Of a DNA stretch of 64,000 nt, positions 1 to 10,692 are shown piece after piece (the first letter of the stretch is position 1; every line of letters starts with the position of its first letter). The notes under the pieces are model-generated. The model saw only the letters and a program-made list of their open reading frames with translations. It was not told the DNA's origin and did no database searches. This stretch comes from Thainema sp. (lineage in GTDB: Bacteria; Cyanobacteriota; Cyanobacteriia; Phormidesmidales; Phormidesmidaceae). The DNA lies in the NCBI GenBank assembly GCA_052168235.1, contig JBQLZK010000001.1, positions 64,001 through 128,000 on the forward strand. Reading direction: 5' to 3'. The position numbers and the translations under genes were made by a program.

Positions 1-2
1 TG

Positions 3-1271
3 AAGCACATCAGTGGCCTCAATATTCAGGCCATTTTTTGGCTGAAGGATTTTGGTAAGCATCTAGATGAGGCAGCGGTCGCACGACAACTGCGCGAGGT
101 AGCACAGGACTTTTCTCTCAACCGCAGCGCCATTGTGATTACAGGTGAAAATGTCTCGCTACCGCCTGAAATTGCCCATGATGCCGTGTTCTATGACCTG
201 AAGCTGCCGGAGCGAGATGAACTGTATAAGGCTGTCTCTCAAACGGTGAAATCGCTGCAAAACCGCAACCGAATCTCAATTGAGCTACAGGAAGACGATG
301 TGCGATCGCTGGTGCAGGCGCTTAGCGGCATGACACTTAAACAGGCTCGTCAGGTCGTCGCCTATGCAGCTCTGGAAGATGGTAAACTCTGCACCCACGA
401 CATCAGCCGCATTTTGCATCGCAAGGCTCAGCTAATCCATGAAGGAGGACTGCTAGATTATCTGCCGATGGATCACGAAACGATTGATATCGGTGGCTTT
501 GGTGGTCTCAAGCGGTGGCTAGCCGAAGCAAAAGTTGGATTCAGTTCCCAAGCCCAGGCACTCAATCTGCCTGCGCCCAAAGGTATTCTGATTGTGGGTA
601 TCCAAGGCTGCGGCAAATCGCTAGCCGCTAAAAGTATTGCTCGCGGTTGGCGGATGCCTTTGCTCAAGCTGGATGCGGGGCGACTCTACGATAAGTACAT
701 TGGTGAGTCGGAGAAAAACTTTCGGCAAGCAATTACCCTGGCAGAGTCAATGGCTCCTACCGTTTTATGGATTGATGAAATTGAAAAAAGCTTCAACGGC
801 GGTAGCGGCGGCGATACGGATGGCGGGCTCAGCCAGCGCATGTTCGGCTCCTTTTTAACCTGGATGCAGGAGAAATCCCATGAGGTCTTTGTTGTCGCAA
901 CGGCTAACGACATTTCTAAGATTCCACCGGAACTGCTGCGCAAAGGGCGGTTTGACGAAATCTTTTTTGTCGATTTGCCCAATGCTCAGGAACGAGCTGA
1001 TATCGTAGGCATTCACCTGACGCGGCGGCGACAAGACCCAATGCAGTTTGACATGCCAGCGTTGGTAGCGGCCACGGATGGCTTCAGCGGGGCCGAAATT
1101 GAGCAGGCGGTGATTAGTTCCCTCTATCACGCGCTGTATCTTAAGAAGCAGCCTTCAACTGAGCTAATGTTGGAAAAAATCAAAACCATGATTCCGCTTT
1201 CGGTGGCTCGCCGAGAAGACCTACAGCGGCTACGTGCGATCGCACAAGAGCGCTTTGTTAGCGTCCGTTAA
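3..1271 (+). CDS. Ycf46-like AAA+ ATPase (5'-truncated by window edge)
   Basis: Frame is open from nt 3 ([17 protein letters not shown]...). Walker A GIQGCGKS, Walker [42 protein letters not shown]. Confidence 0.85.
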   Translation, partial: KHISGLNIQAIFWLKDFGKHLDEAAVARQLREVAQDFSLNRSAIVITGENVSLPPEIAHDAVFYDLKLPERDELYKAVSQTVKSLQNRNRISIELQEDDVRSLVQALSGMTLKQARQVVAYAALEDGKLCTHDISRILHRKAQLIHEGGLLDYLPMDHETIDIGGFGGLKRWLAEAKVGFSSQAQALNLPAPKGILIVGIQGCGKSLAAKSIARGWRMPLLKLDAGRLYDKYIGESEKNFRQAITLAESMAPTVLWIDEIEKSFNGGSGGDTDGGLSQRMFGSFLTWMQEKSHEVFVVATANDISKIPPELLRKGRFDEIFFVDLPNAQERADIVGIHLTRRRQDPMQFDMPALVAATDGFSGAEIEQAVISSLYHALYLKKQPSTELMLEKIKTMIPLSVARREDLQRLRAIAQERFVSVR

Positions 1272-2857
1272 TCATCAGAATCGTAATCTCCACCCGAACC
1301 ATATTGCCAAGCATCCTGACGGCGATGCCAACGGTAGCGCTGTTCGGGCGGCAACTGTTCTATCCAGTTTCCGAGCGGTCTATCCAGCGAATTCAATACA
1401 CTGTACAGTGATAGTCCACCATAATGCCGCAGCCAGTCTACCAAGCTGCCAATCCCCACCTGTGGCAAAATCTGCGTTACCATCAGCGGCTGTGCCGTAG
1501 TCGCTTTGAGCAGCGTTTTTGTCAATGCGGGAAACTGCACCACATCCTGCATAAACGGCTTCAGTACATCATCCCCCAGACCAGCCATCTGCTGAAAAAC
1601 GCTAGACAGCAAGTCATTGATTTGGTTCGGTTGCAACGACTGATCAACACCGACGCTCATCGAGCGCTGAAACAGCCAGGTCACCGACAAATTCGGCTGA
1701 TAGGGCTGGAGTAGCGCCAAGTCTGCCTGGCCCACTTGATCACAGCGCAGTGCCTCGTCAATGCCCTTGGTTAATCGTTTAAGGTGCCGAATCATTGCAC
1801 CAAAGCCACCAAAGCTAAGCGGCGACTGGCTCCCGCTGCTATCTCCAATGGGCAATAGCCGATCGTAGGGATAGTGTAATGGGCTTTGCCGATAGCAAGG
1901 AAAAAAGCCAAACAGCGCTCGCTGAATATCGAGCTGATCGAGTTCAATATTTTGATAAGTCGGTAAAAGCTGAAAATACTCATTAAACAGCGTTTCCAAA
2001 CTGGGTCGCTCCGGATGGGCATCTACGTAGGTAAACATGTAGGTTGTGCGCCCATCCCGTGCTGGAAATGCTTCCCAAAAATACTGACACTGATTGCGAA
2101 TTGGCGTAAACGAGGCAATCAGATCTCCTGTTTCGTTCTGCTCATAGCCCTGAGCACAGGTGCCCACCACCAAACAAACCGCATCTGGCTTTTGGCTACC
2201 GCGTACATGGCGCACAATCGGTGAGAAATGCCCCATCGCATCCAGCAGCAGGCGAGCTGTCAGCGATTCTGCTGAAGAGACAGCGTCTTGCTGACGCAGA
2301 TATTTCACCTGCACACCGTCGGCCTGGACAATGACTGACTCAAACGAAGCATTTTCAATCAGTTCACCCCCTGCTGCCAGAAACCTTTGCTTCAGCGTTT
2401 CCAGCAAATAAACCGGATCAACGCCGACATTCAGCACATCGCGTACCCAAAAGTCCGGCCCCTGATGGAAATGAATTCGGCCTGGATTGTATTCTGTTGC
2501 GATCGCAGTTTCCAGTTCAGTCTCTGTTAGCAATCCCAAATCGACTAGCTCTCGGATTTCTCGCCGGGAAATATTCCACTCTTGGTCTCGTCCCCGTAAC
2601 TGCCCCCGTTCCAAGAGCGCCACTCGCCAACCTTGTTGTGCCAGTGCCGCACCCATCATGATGCCCAGGGTGCCACCGCAGATGACAACATCCCAATCGG
2701 GCAGGCGATCCAGGCCCTCAGCGGTAGTGGTCACAATATCCGGATGGGGTTGGGGTGAGTTTCCTTGTCGATACTGCTGCCAAACCTGATCCGCGCGGCG
2801 CAAACGCTCAAGTGTTTTATCGGGAAGCGGCGAGAGATACTGCTTAGTAAGAGACAT
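1268..2857 (-). CDS. cruP: FAD-dependent oxidoreductase, CruA/CruP lycopene-cyclase-like family
   Basis: Rossmann motif DVVICGGTLG, RGRDQEWNISR, QYFWEAFP and GDSSGSQSPLSFGGFG motifs; 529 aa. Confidence 0.7.
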   Translation of the reverse strand: MSLTKQYLSPLPDKTLERLRRADQVWQQYRQGNSPQPHPDIVTTTAEGLDRLPDWDVVICGGTLGIMMGAALAQQGWRVALLERGQLRGRDQEWNISRREIRELVDLGLLTETELETAIATEYNPGRIHFHQGPDFWVRDVLNVGVDPVYLLETLKQRFLAAGGELIENASFESVIVQADGVQVKYLRQQDAVSSAESLTARLLLDAMGHFSPIVRHVRGSQKPDAVCLVVGTCAQGYEQNETGDLIASFTPIRNQCQYFWEAFPARDGRTTYMFTYVDAHPERPSLETLFNEYFQLLPTYQNIELDQLDIQRALFGFFPCYRQSPLHYPYDRLLPIGDSSGSQSPLSFGGFGAMIRHLKRLTKGIDEALRCDQVGQADLALLQPYQPNLSVTWLFQRSMSVGVDQSLQPNQINDLLSSVFQQMAGLGDDVLKPFMQDVVQFPALTKTLLKATTAQPLMVTQILPQVGIGSLVDWLRHYGGLSLYSVLNSLDRPLGNWIEQLPPEQRYRWHRRQDAWQYGSGGDYDSDD

Positions 2858-3093
2858 AGGCTCAACTACAACGGCTGCTGTTCTTTTCTATGCTATAGCC
2901 CAAAAGCTAGTGCATATGCCAGTTTTCAGTTGTTCCAAGCCAGATCAGTATAAAAATGATCATGGAAACTCAAATTTATGTCTGTGGACCAAAGGCTGAG
3001 TGCTTGGGTATGGGTATGGGTATTAGGTTTTGGGTGCTGAGCTTTGAGTCTTGCAGCTTTTACAGCCCTCTACATTCCTCACGCCTCACTTCT

Positions 3094-4239
3094 TCAACTA
3101 CCAAATGGCTGTCCAACGGCTACAACTGCATTTTGGCCACCAAAGCCAAAACTGAAGCATAGGGCAGTCTTAATTGGAGCAGAGTGAGCCTGTCGAACAA
3201 AATTCAAGGAAAAATCGGGCTGTTTCAGACCTACACAAGGAGGGGCTGTCTGGTGTCGAAGTGCCAATAAGCAAAAGCTCAGTCCTAAAGCTCCAGATGC
3301 TCCCAGGCTGTGACCTGTTGCTCCTTTAGTTGAGCTGACGAGGGGGGCATGAGGAAAAAGCTGCTGGATGAGAGTGGCCTCGTTTTGATCATTCAGCCGT
3401 GTACTGGTGCCGTGTGCGTGAATATAGTCCACCTCTGGGGTACTAAGATGACTGCGCTTTAGACAGTGCTCAATAGCTGCGATCGCAGCTTGCTGATCGG
3501 GATTGGGCGCACTGACATGATGCCCATCTGCCGTGAGTCCTACACCTAAAATTTGGCCATACACCTTCGCATCGTGCTGTACTGCCGAACGAGCCGACTC
3601 CAGTACCAACACAGCCGCTGCTTCTCCAAGTACCAGTCCTTCCCGCTGCCGATCAAAAGGATAACAGCCTGTTGCTGCCAAGGCACCCATTTTGCGGAAT
3701 CCGGCCAGTGACAGTGGCGTAATGGGCGCTTCAACTGCCCCTGCTAAAACGCGATCGCACTGTCCCGTTTTGATTAATTCATATCCTTGTGCGACTGCCC
3801 ACAGCCCAGTCGCACAAGCTGCCATTGGTGCTTGTACAACCCCCGTCGCTCCAATCTGATGAGCTGCTGCGATCGCACATTGATGAGGCAGCACATTTAA
3901 CCATCTTGACAAGCTGCTTAGGGAACGTTGCTGAGCAATATACTCAATTTGCCCTTGATAGCTGCGGCTGGAGCCCATCACCACGCCACAGTCTGACAAT
4001 GGTGGTTCTAACTGAGCATCTTGTAAAGCCTCAGCCACCGCTCGATAGCGCAACTGATTTAGATCAACCGGACTATCCTGAATTAGTGCTAGAGGGAAAG
4101 ATTCTAGTGTAGGAAAAGGCTGGTGAAGTGCGATCGCAGTCTGTCCTTTTAAAGTCCGACCCCAAGTTTCCGTTAAATTTCCTAGCGCTGAAACAATCCC
4201 AATTCCGGTTACTAATACAGCTTGATCTGATGCACTCAC
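3094..4239 (-). CDS. beta-ketoacyl-ACP synthase (FabF-like)
   Basis: Catalytic motifs MAACATG, HAHGTST, STKGATGHSLGA and C-terminal FSFGFGGQN. Confidence 0.85.
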   Translation of the reverse strand: MSASDQAVLVTGIGIVSALGNLTETWGRTLKGQTAIALHQPFPTLESFPLALIQDSPVDLNQLRYRAVAEALQDAQLEPPLSDCGVVMGSSRSYQGQIEYIAQQRSLSSLSRWLNVLPHQCAIAAAHQIGATGVVQAPMAACATGLWAVAQGYELIKTGQCDRVLAGAVEAPITPLSLAGFRKMGALAATGCYPFDRQREGLVLGEAAAVLVLESARSAVQHDAKVYGQILGVGLTADGHHVSAPNPDQQAAIAAIEHCLKRSHLSTPEVDYIHAHGTSTRLNDQNEATLIQQLFPHAPLVSSTKGATGHSLGASGALGLSFCLLALRHQTAPPCVGLKQPDFSLNFVRQAHSAPIKTALCFSFGFGGQNAVVAVGQPFGS

Positions 4240-4345
4240 CGCTCAATGTGTTGGTATGTCCGACGTTATGCTTCAGTGATGGATGGGGGATAGAAGACCA
4301 TGAAGGCTGTAGAGGGATATAAAGAGCTATGAAGGGAGCCTAGGG

Positions 4346-4496
4346 CACTGTTTATACATATCTGAATAGTTCTTCTAAATCCCGGACTAATCCCCCTTAG
4401 AAAGGAGAACTTTGAACGACTTCCCCCTTTTTTAAGGAGGGCTAGGGGGGATCTCAACGTCGGAACGAAGTCCAACAGACTTATGCATAGTAGTAG
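4346..4496. repeat. Degenerate dispersed repeat/MITE-like element with CCCCCTT..AAGGGGG-type palindromes
   Basis: Internal tcccccttttttaaggagggctaggggggatc resembles the core at 34727-34775. Terminal inverted repeats are weak. Confidence 0.5.
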
Positions 4497-4727
4497 GAGT
4501 CTGGGAGAGGTGGAAGTGGTCATTCGGGATTTTTGTGTGGCCGTTCGGCATGGTGGCGCTGAAGTAAATCATAACCCGCCGAATTGCAGACTAGAGTTGC
4601 ACGGTCAACCTCTTCTAATAACCATTGACTTGTAAGAAGGTGTATCTGAGTCTCCATGACTTCACAAGCCTCTACAGCCTCTACAACCCAATCCACCTTA
4701 CCTCCCAAAACCTAGAGCCTAATACTC

Positions 4728-4816
4728 TAGATTTTATTAGAAATAAAGTTTTTGGGGTTGAAAATTGTTTTGTAGCGCGGCGAAGCCGCGCTACAAAACA
4801 ATTTCCGATAAAGTCT
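4728..4816. mobile_element. MITE-like hairpin element, copy A
   Basis: Near reverse complement of 50466-50555. TAGA(C/T)TTTAT...ATAAAGTCT ends; central hairpin ttgttttgtagcgcggc-gaa-gccgcgctacaaaacaa. Confidence 0.75.
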
Positions 4817-4817
4817 T

Positions 4818-5600
4818 CTACTTCTCCTCCGAGTCCGCTGCCTTCTCCACGTCAGCGTTTTTCAAGTTTTCTTCACCCTCAATTACTCGCGCCGATTCAA
4901 TCACATCTCCCTGCTGAATGGAGTCGATCACATCCATCCCAGATTGCACATAGCCAAATACGGCATAGCTACCGTCTAGAAATGGGACATCTGACAACGT
5001 GACATAAAACTGGGAGGAAGCCGAATTGGGCAGTGCAGAGCGGGCCATTGCGACAGCGCCCCGCCGATGGTTAAGCACTGGAGAGGATGAAATATTCATT
5101 TCCTCAAATGTCTGACCGTAAACGGGCTGCTCCGCTCCTTCAGGCTGGATTTCTAAGGGGATGTAGCGAGGTTCTTGAGTGTTGGGGTCGATAAAACTGC
5201 CTGTCCCAAGTTGTTGAGGAGGAAAGTTGGGATCTTTACTTTGCGGATCGCCCCCCTGGACAACAAACGGCTGCGGTTCTCGTACAACCCGATGGAACAC
5301 TAAACCGTCGTAAACACCACGCTTGACCAAATCAACAAAGTTACCCGCTGTTACTGGCGCATGTCCACCATCAACTTCAATGACAATGGGTTCACCTTTA
5401 ACAATAAGTTCTACTGTTGCGGTTCCCTCCAACACAGGTAAGTTCTGAAGCTGTGGCTGAGAGGTCTGGGCAATGGCGGGAGCACCAGCAGCGGCATTAT
5501 CGGGTTGTCCAGCTTCAGTCTGAGATGACGAACAGCTCGTTAACGTTAAAGCTGTACAAACTAAACCAATCGTGAACCAGCGGGAAAAACTTAGCTGCAT
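4818..5600 (-). CDS. Cyclophilin-type peptidyl-prolyl isomerase (lipoprotein-type signal)
   Basis: APVTAGNFVDLV, FHRVV, VQGGDP, AMARS, SASSQFY, YAVFG. Start moved to ATG 5600 behind AAGGAG. Confidence 0.9.
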   Translation of the reverse strand: MQLSFSRWFTIGLVCTALTLTSCSSSQTEAGQPDNAAAGAPAIAQTSQPQLQNLPVLEGTATVELIVKGEPIVIEVDGGHAPVTAGNFVDLVKRGVYDGLVFHRVVREPQPFVVQGGDPQSKDPNFPPQQLGTGSFIDPNTQEPRYIPLEIQPEGAEQPVYGQTFEEMNISSSPVLNHRRGAVAMARSALPNSASSQFYVTLSDVPFLDGSYAVFGYVQSGMDVIDSIQQGDVIESARVIEGEENLKNADVEKAADSEEK

Positions 5601-5890
5601 GTCCAATTCAAACTCCTTGAAGATGGCAAAGATCGCCTTGCTGTGAAAGTACAGTACCGATGGATGACCAACAAGGGATCTATAGGAAAATCCAAGCAAA
5701 GGATGATTATTACATACCGACAACAGATTGCGATCGCAGATGACCGCGCTCAATCATCCGTTACTATCCATTACGTAACCCTGTTGTGTACGCTGACTTG
5801 GCGTTCTAGTTATTTAGGATGAGCCCGTTCATTGTAATCCTTAGACAGCCTAACCTAAGGCAATCTACAAATGAATCTGCACCGAACTGT

Positions 5891-6466
5891 CTACAGACCC
5901 TCAAGCGGCACTTCTAGAAAGCGGGCTAACGCTGCACCTTGGTTTTCCAATTGCGACAACGGCAAAGGCTGTCCAACTCGCGTCAAGGGAAGATCACCAC
6001 TGCCTTTTACCCGTAGATACAAGGCGCGACGAGGATTGAGACCTTCTTTGATCTCAACTCGAATAGATTGAACATCTTCCAAGCTGTGGGAAATATCAAT
6101 TTTGCGGTTTTGTCCAGGAAAGCCCCAACGAAAGACTGTTAGCTTACCGGAATTCTTATTAAATTCGTTGTAGCCACCGCCAATATCCCAGAGAATAACC
6201 AGCCACAAGTACAACGATAGCAACAAGCCAGCTACACCATAAAAGCTCATTGCAATGCCTTGGGGCACAAATACAAGCTGGGTTGGATCAGAGAACGGCA
6301 GCAGATTGACTTTGAAATAACTAGATAACCCAGCCAGCAGGAACCCGCCTGCCCCCAGTGCGATCACTGTAGCCCAGAAGTAGTTACTCAAGCGGCGAGA
6401 ACCGATAATGGTTTGCCGCAGCACTCGATCATTTTGTGTTGTCTTCGTTCTAATGGATGCAGTCAT
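5891..6466 (-). CDS. ycf4: Photosystem I assembly protein Ycf4
   Basis: GSRRLSNYFWA, FVPQGIAMSFYG, FRWGFPG, LPLTRVG, ARFLEVPLEGL. Confidence 0.97.
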   Translation of the reverse strand: MTASIRTKTTQNDRVLRQTIIGSRRLSNYFWATVIALGAGGFLLAGLSSYFKVNLLPFSDPTQLVFVPQGIAMSFYGVAGLLLSLYLWLVILWDIGGGYNEFNKNSGKLTVFRWGFPGQNRKIDISHSLEDVQSIRVEIKEGLNPRRALYLRVKGSGDLPLTRVGQPLPLSQLENQGAALARFLEVPLEGL

Positions 6467-7352
6467 AAGTAGTTGTTTGTTAATGCGTTGAATCTCTTAA
6501 TGAGTCGTCTATGGGATGAATTGGATCTGAACGGATCGGAGTGCAATTGACGAATTGCCTAACTGTAAGTCTTCGTTAAAGAATTCAGTCTGAGAAAATT
6601 CTAGCGAGATTCCTTCGATCTTTAAGGTCCTGCTGGAAACGGCCAGATCTTATACCTTACAGAACTAAAGCCCCAGTTAGGCAGATTATCACTGCTCGAT
6701 AACCACAATCCAGAGAGAAAACCAAAGATGAAAATGATACGAACTATTGAAATTGGCAATCGTTACGTCGATTCCAGAGGCAAGCCAAGCCCAAAAAAAT
6801 TGATGTCCTGCACTACGAAGATACGTGTAAATATTATCTGCCGATAGGGTGATGCAGTTTGGTAAACACATCATGTTGTATCCGTGCAGGCGGTATATGG
6901 TCAATATATAGCCGATTTTGACTAAATTTAGCGATCTGGACTCATATATCGCTTCCATTATTAAAAATGCTTTGTAAACCGCGTGATTTCTGGCTTTGGC
7001 GAGACCATCTCTGTAGAGGATTTGCGCGATCGCGCGTCCGTTCAATTCGTGCTGCACCTTCGATTAGAGCAAAAAACTGCCTGAGAAATTACGTATCGGA
7101 TTGTAAAATCCGGGATCTCTCCTTATCATATAGAAACGTTAAATCCGCGAAGGCTTGGCTCTTGAGCCAACTTTCGGTTGCTGAGACTAGAACAATGTGG
7201 CCTGATCATTCTCATAATCTGAGATGATATTTCACAACACGTTCTGTCTCCGGATGCCAGAGAAGTTTCGTCTCTAGTTGCAGTAGATTCTTACTCATGT
7301 ACTGCATAAGATAGATTTCTTTGGGTAGACGCAATATTAATGAGGATTTGAG

Positions 7353-8411
7353 ATGACCATAGCAATGGGACGGGCGCAAGCCAATCGAGGATGGTTCGAC
7401 GTCCTCGATGACTGGCTCAAGCGCGACCGATTCGTCTTTATTGGCTGGTCTGGTCTTTTGCTATTCCCCTGCGCCTACATGGCGATTGGTGGATGGCTGA
7501 CCGGCACCACCTTCGTTACCTCCTGGTATACCCACGGTCTAGCCTCTTCCTACCTGGAAGGCTGTAACTTCTTGACCGTCGCGGTATCCACACCCGCTGA
7601 CAGCATGGGACACTCCCTGCTGTTCCTGTGGGGTCCTGAAGCTCAAGGTGACTTCGTACGCTGGTGTCAAATCGGCGGCTTGTGGAGCTTTGTAGCGCTG
7701 CACGGTGCCTTCGGTCTGATTGGCTTCATGCTGCGACAGTTCGAGATTGCTCGACTGGTGGGCGTACGTCCGTACAACGCGATCGCATTTTCTGCGCCGA
7801 TTGCCGTTTTCGTATCCGTCTTCTTGATGTACCCCTTGGGCCAATCGAGCTGGTTCTTTGCACCCAGCTTCGGTGTGGCGGCAATCTTCCGCTTCCTGCT
7901 GTTCCTACAGGGCTTCCACAACTGGACATTGAATCCCTTCCACATGATGGGAGTAGCTGGTGTCCTGGGCGGCGCACTGCTGTGTGCAATTCACGGTGCG
8001 ACGGTTGAGAACACGCTGTTTGAAGATGGCGACTCGTCGAACACCTTCCGAGCGTTCAACCCGACCCAGTCGGAAGAGACCTACTCGATGGTGACCGCGA
8101 ACCGATTCTGGTCGCAGATTTTCGGTATTGCCTTCTCCAACAAGCGCTGGCTGCACTTCTTCATGCTGTTTGTGCCCGTGACGGGTCTGTGGATGAGTGC
8201 GGTTGGCATTGTAGGTCTAGCATTGAACCTGCGGGCCTATGACTTCATCAGTCAGGAAGTTCGAGCTGCAGAAGACCCTGAGTTTGAGACCTTCTACACC
8301 AAGAACATCCTGCTCAACGAGGGTATCCGTGCCTGGATGGCCCCGCAAGACCAACCCCACGAAAGCTTTGTATTCCCTGAGGAGGTTCTGCCCCGTGGTA
8401 ACGCTCTCTAA
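7353..8411 (+). CDS. psbD: Photosystem II D2 protein
   Basis: 352 aa, from [28 protein letters not shown] to [10 protein letters not shown]. Confidence 0.99.
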   Translation: MTIAMGRAQANRGWFDVLDDWLKRDRFVFIGWSGLLLFPCAYMAIGGWLTGTTFVTSWYTHGLASSYLEGCNFLTVAVSTPADSMGHSLLFLWGPEAQGDFVRWCQIGGLWSFVALHGAFGLIGFMLRQFEIARLVGVRPYNAIAFSAPIAVFVSVFLMYPLGQSSWFFAPSFGVAAIFRFLLFLQGFHNWTLNPFHMMGVAGVLGGALLCAIHGATVENTLFEDGDSSNTFRAFNPTQSEETYSMVTANRFWSQIFGIAFSNKRWLHFFMLFVPVTGLWMSAVGIVGLALNLRAYDFISQEVRAAEDPEFETFYTKNILLNEGIRAWMAPQDQPHESFVFPEEVLPRGNAL

Positions 8412-9774
8412 TACGATTGTGGGCGGACGCGACCAAGCAACTTCAGGTTTTGCCTGGTGGGCAGGTAATGCTCGTCTGATCAACCTGTCCGGTAAACTGC
8501 TTGGTGCTCACGTTGCTCACGCTGGTTTGATTGTTTTCTGGGCTGGTGCAATGACCCTGTTTGAGGTCGCTCACTTTGTACCCGAAAAGCCCATGTATGA
8601 GCAGGGTTTAATCCTGCTGCCTCACCTCGCGACCCTTGGCTGGGGTGTTGGCCCTGGTGGTGAAGTATTTGATACTTTCCCCTATTTCGTTGTTGGTGTT
8701 TTACACCTTATTTCCTCTGCTGTTCTTGGCTTGGGTGGTATTTACCACGCGGTGCGTGGCCCTGAAACGCTAGAAGATTACTCTGCGTTCTTTGGCTACG
8801 ACTGGAAAGACAAGAACAAGATGACCACTATCATCGGTATTCACCTGATCCTGTTGGGATGTGGTGCATTCCTGCTCGTGCTGAAGGCGATGTTCTTCGG
8901 TGGTGTTTATGACACCTGGGCACCGGGTGGTGGTGACGTGCGGTTAATTACGAACCCCACACTCAACCCAGCTATTATTTTTGGCTATCTGGCTGGCTCC
9001 CCCTTTGGTGGCGACGGCTGGATCGTTGGTGTCGACAACATGGAAGACATCATTGGTGGTCATATCTGGGTTGGACTGATCTGCATCGCAGGTGGTGTTT
9101 GGCACATTCTGACCAAGCCATTTGCTTGGGCACGCCGCGCATTCATCTGGTCGGGTGAAGCTTACCTCTCCTACAGCCTCGGTGCTTTGTCCCTGATGGG
9201 CTTCATTGCTGCTTGTATGGTTTGGTTTAACAACACTGCTTATCCCAGTGAGTTTTACGGCCCTACCAATGCTGAAGCATCTCAGGCTCAGGCTATGACC
9301 TTCTTGGTTCGTGACCAGCGTCTGGGGGCCAATATTGGTGCAGCTCAAGGTCCAACTGGTTTGGGTAAGTATCTGATGCGTTCTCCCACTGGTGAGATTA
9401 TCTTCGGTGGTGAAACCATGCGTTTTTGGGACTTCCGTGGTCCTTGGCTGGAGCCTCTACGTGGACCTAATGGTCTGGACTTAGACAAGCTCCGCAATGA
9501 TATTCAGCCTTGGCAAGTTCGTCGTGCGGCTGAATATATGACCCACGCACCCAACGCATCCATCAACTCGGTAGGTGGCATTATTACCGAGATCAACTCT
9601 GTGAACTTTGTGAACCCTCGTCAGTGGCTGGCAACGTCTCACTTTGTACTGGCGTTCTTCTTCCTGGTTGGTCACCTGTGGCATGCTGGTCGTGCTCGGG
9701 CGGCTGCGGCTGGATTCGAGCGCGGTATCAACCGTTCGACTGAGCCTGTATTGTCAATGCCTGACCTTGACTAG
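8395..9774 (+). CDS. psbC: Photosystem II CP43 protein
   Basis: GTG start at 8395 overlapping the psbD end by 17 nt, GGAGG upstream. [33 protein letters not shown]. Confidence 0.98.
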   Translation: MVTLSNTIVGGRDQATSGFAWWAGNARLINLSGKLLGAHVAHAGLIVFWAGAMTLFEVAHFVPEKPMYEQGLILLPHLATLGWGVGPGGEVFDTFPYFVVGVLHLISSAVLGLGGIYHAVRGPETLEDYSAFFGYDWKDKNKMTTIIGIHLILLGCGAFLLVLKAMFFGGVYDTWAPGGGDVRLITNPTLNPAIIFGYLAGSPFGGDGWIVGVDNMEDIIGGHIWVGLICIAGGVWHILTKPFAWARRAFIWSGEAYLSYSLGALSLMGFIAACMVWFNNTAYPSEFYGPTNAEASQAQAMTFLVRDQRLGANIGAAQGPTGLGKYLMRSPTGEIIFGGETMRFWDFRGPWLEPLRGPNGLDLDKLRNDIQPWQVRRAAEYMTHAPNASINSVGGIITEINSVNFVNPRQWLATSHFVLAFFFLVGHLWHAGRARAAAAGFERGINRSTEPVLSMPDLD

Positions 9775-9815
9775 TTTTCAAGAAACTGGATTCTCTAAGG
9801 AGAGTCTTGAAGTTT

Positions 9816-9848
9816 GAAAAGGGCGACCTCATTGAGGTCGCCCTTTTC
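9816..9848. terminator. Bidirectional intrinsic terminator after psbC
   Basis: gaaaagggcgacctc-att-gaggtcgcccttttc between convergent genes. Confidence 0.85.
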
Positions 9849-9878
9849 GTTTGCTGAGTTTATCGAACTTACGTTGAA

Positions 9879-10565
9879 CTATTCGCGGACAAAGTCAGAT
9901 TCAAGCGTTAAATCCAGGTCGGTTTCAGGTTCGATAATAATCACCTCAACTTCGTCTTCATTGCCCTGATTGATCAGTATTTCTGCCAGAACGCCAACGC
10001 CTGCTCCGCCTAATACTTCCAAAATATCAATGCTGCCAAAAATTTCGGATAAGACAGCAGCAGCGGCACCGCCGACTATCGCACCACGCAGGATATCAGG
10101 ATCGGAGTCTTCGGTGATGATCTGAGTATCCGTAATCTCATCCGAAGTGGCATTGATTGTCAAAGCCTCTTCGTCATTGTCAATACTTGTGTCTGGGAAG
10201 ACAATGCTTTCGGAGACAAACTGTGTGCCATTATCGGTGGGGCGCAGTTCTCCGGTGATGACGCTATTTTCTGGAATGACGACCCGATTGGTGGAGGGCG
10301 ATCGCACATCGTCAGCAACGATCAAGTTGACTTCTGCTGTTTCGTCCGGCTTGATGATGATTCGTTCGGCCTCGTTATACTGCACGGGAATTTGCGTACC
10401 TGTGGGTAACCTGTACTCTAGCCGCTGTTCTAAAAGCTGAGCGATAGAATAGGGTTTGGGTTGAGTCTGAGCCGCGACTGCGACAGATGGCAGCGTTGTG
10501 GCAGTTGCCATGCCCAAGACTACTGTGAATGCTGTTCCGGTATGCCACCCTTTAAACCGTGTCAT
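9879..10565 (-). CDS. Secreted hypothetical protein with glycine-zipper-like C-terminal segment
   Basis: Signal-peptide-like N-terminus; LPTGTQIPV beta domain; GAIVGGAAAAVL..GGAGVGVL. Confidence 0.7.
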   Translation of the reverse strand: MTRFKGWHTGTAFTVVLGMATATTLPSVAVAAQTQPKPYSIAQLLEQRLEYRLPTGTQIPVQYNEAERIIIKPDETAEVNLIVADDVRSPSTNRVVIPENSVITGELRPTDNGTQFVSESIVFPDTSIDNDEEALTINATSDEITDTQIITEDSDPDILRGAIVGGAAAAVLSEIFGSIDILEVLGGAGVGVLAEILINQGNEDEVEVIIIEPETDLDLTLESDFVRE

Positions 10566-10692
10566 TGTACCCTCAGTGCTAAAAGCCTTGCGTTATGTGT
10601 GGCCGTGACCGATAGATGGCGCGAAAAGTTCCAGATTGAATATCTTTGTAATAATTTTTAGAGCGTTTGTTCACCAGAGAGGTGTGCCCAAG

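Noticed and set aside
2956..4708. Two short ORFs both containing METQI (2956-3162 +, 4520-4708 -)
   Set aside because: Similarity is limited to five residues, both run into simple repeats, and no family is recognisable.
6689..7227. ORFs in the ycf4-psbD intergenic region
   Set aside because: No recognisable motifs and atypical composition; more likely divergent promoter and UTR DNA.
8239..8394. N-terminal extension of psbC in the ORF track
   Set aside because: It overlaps psbD; the canonical GTG at 8395 with a GGAGG RBS is the better start.
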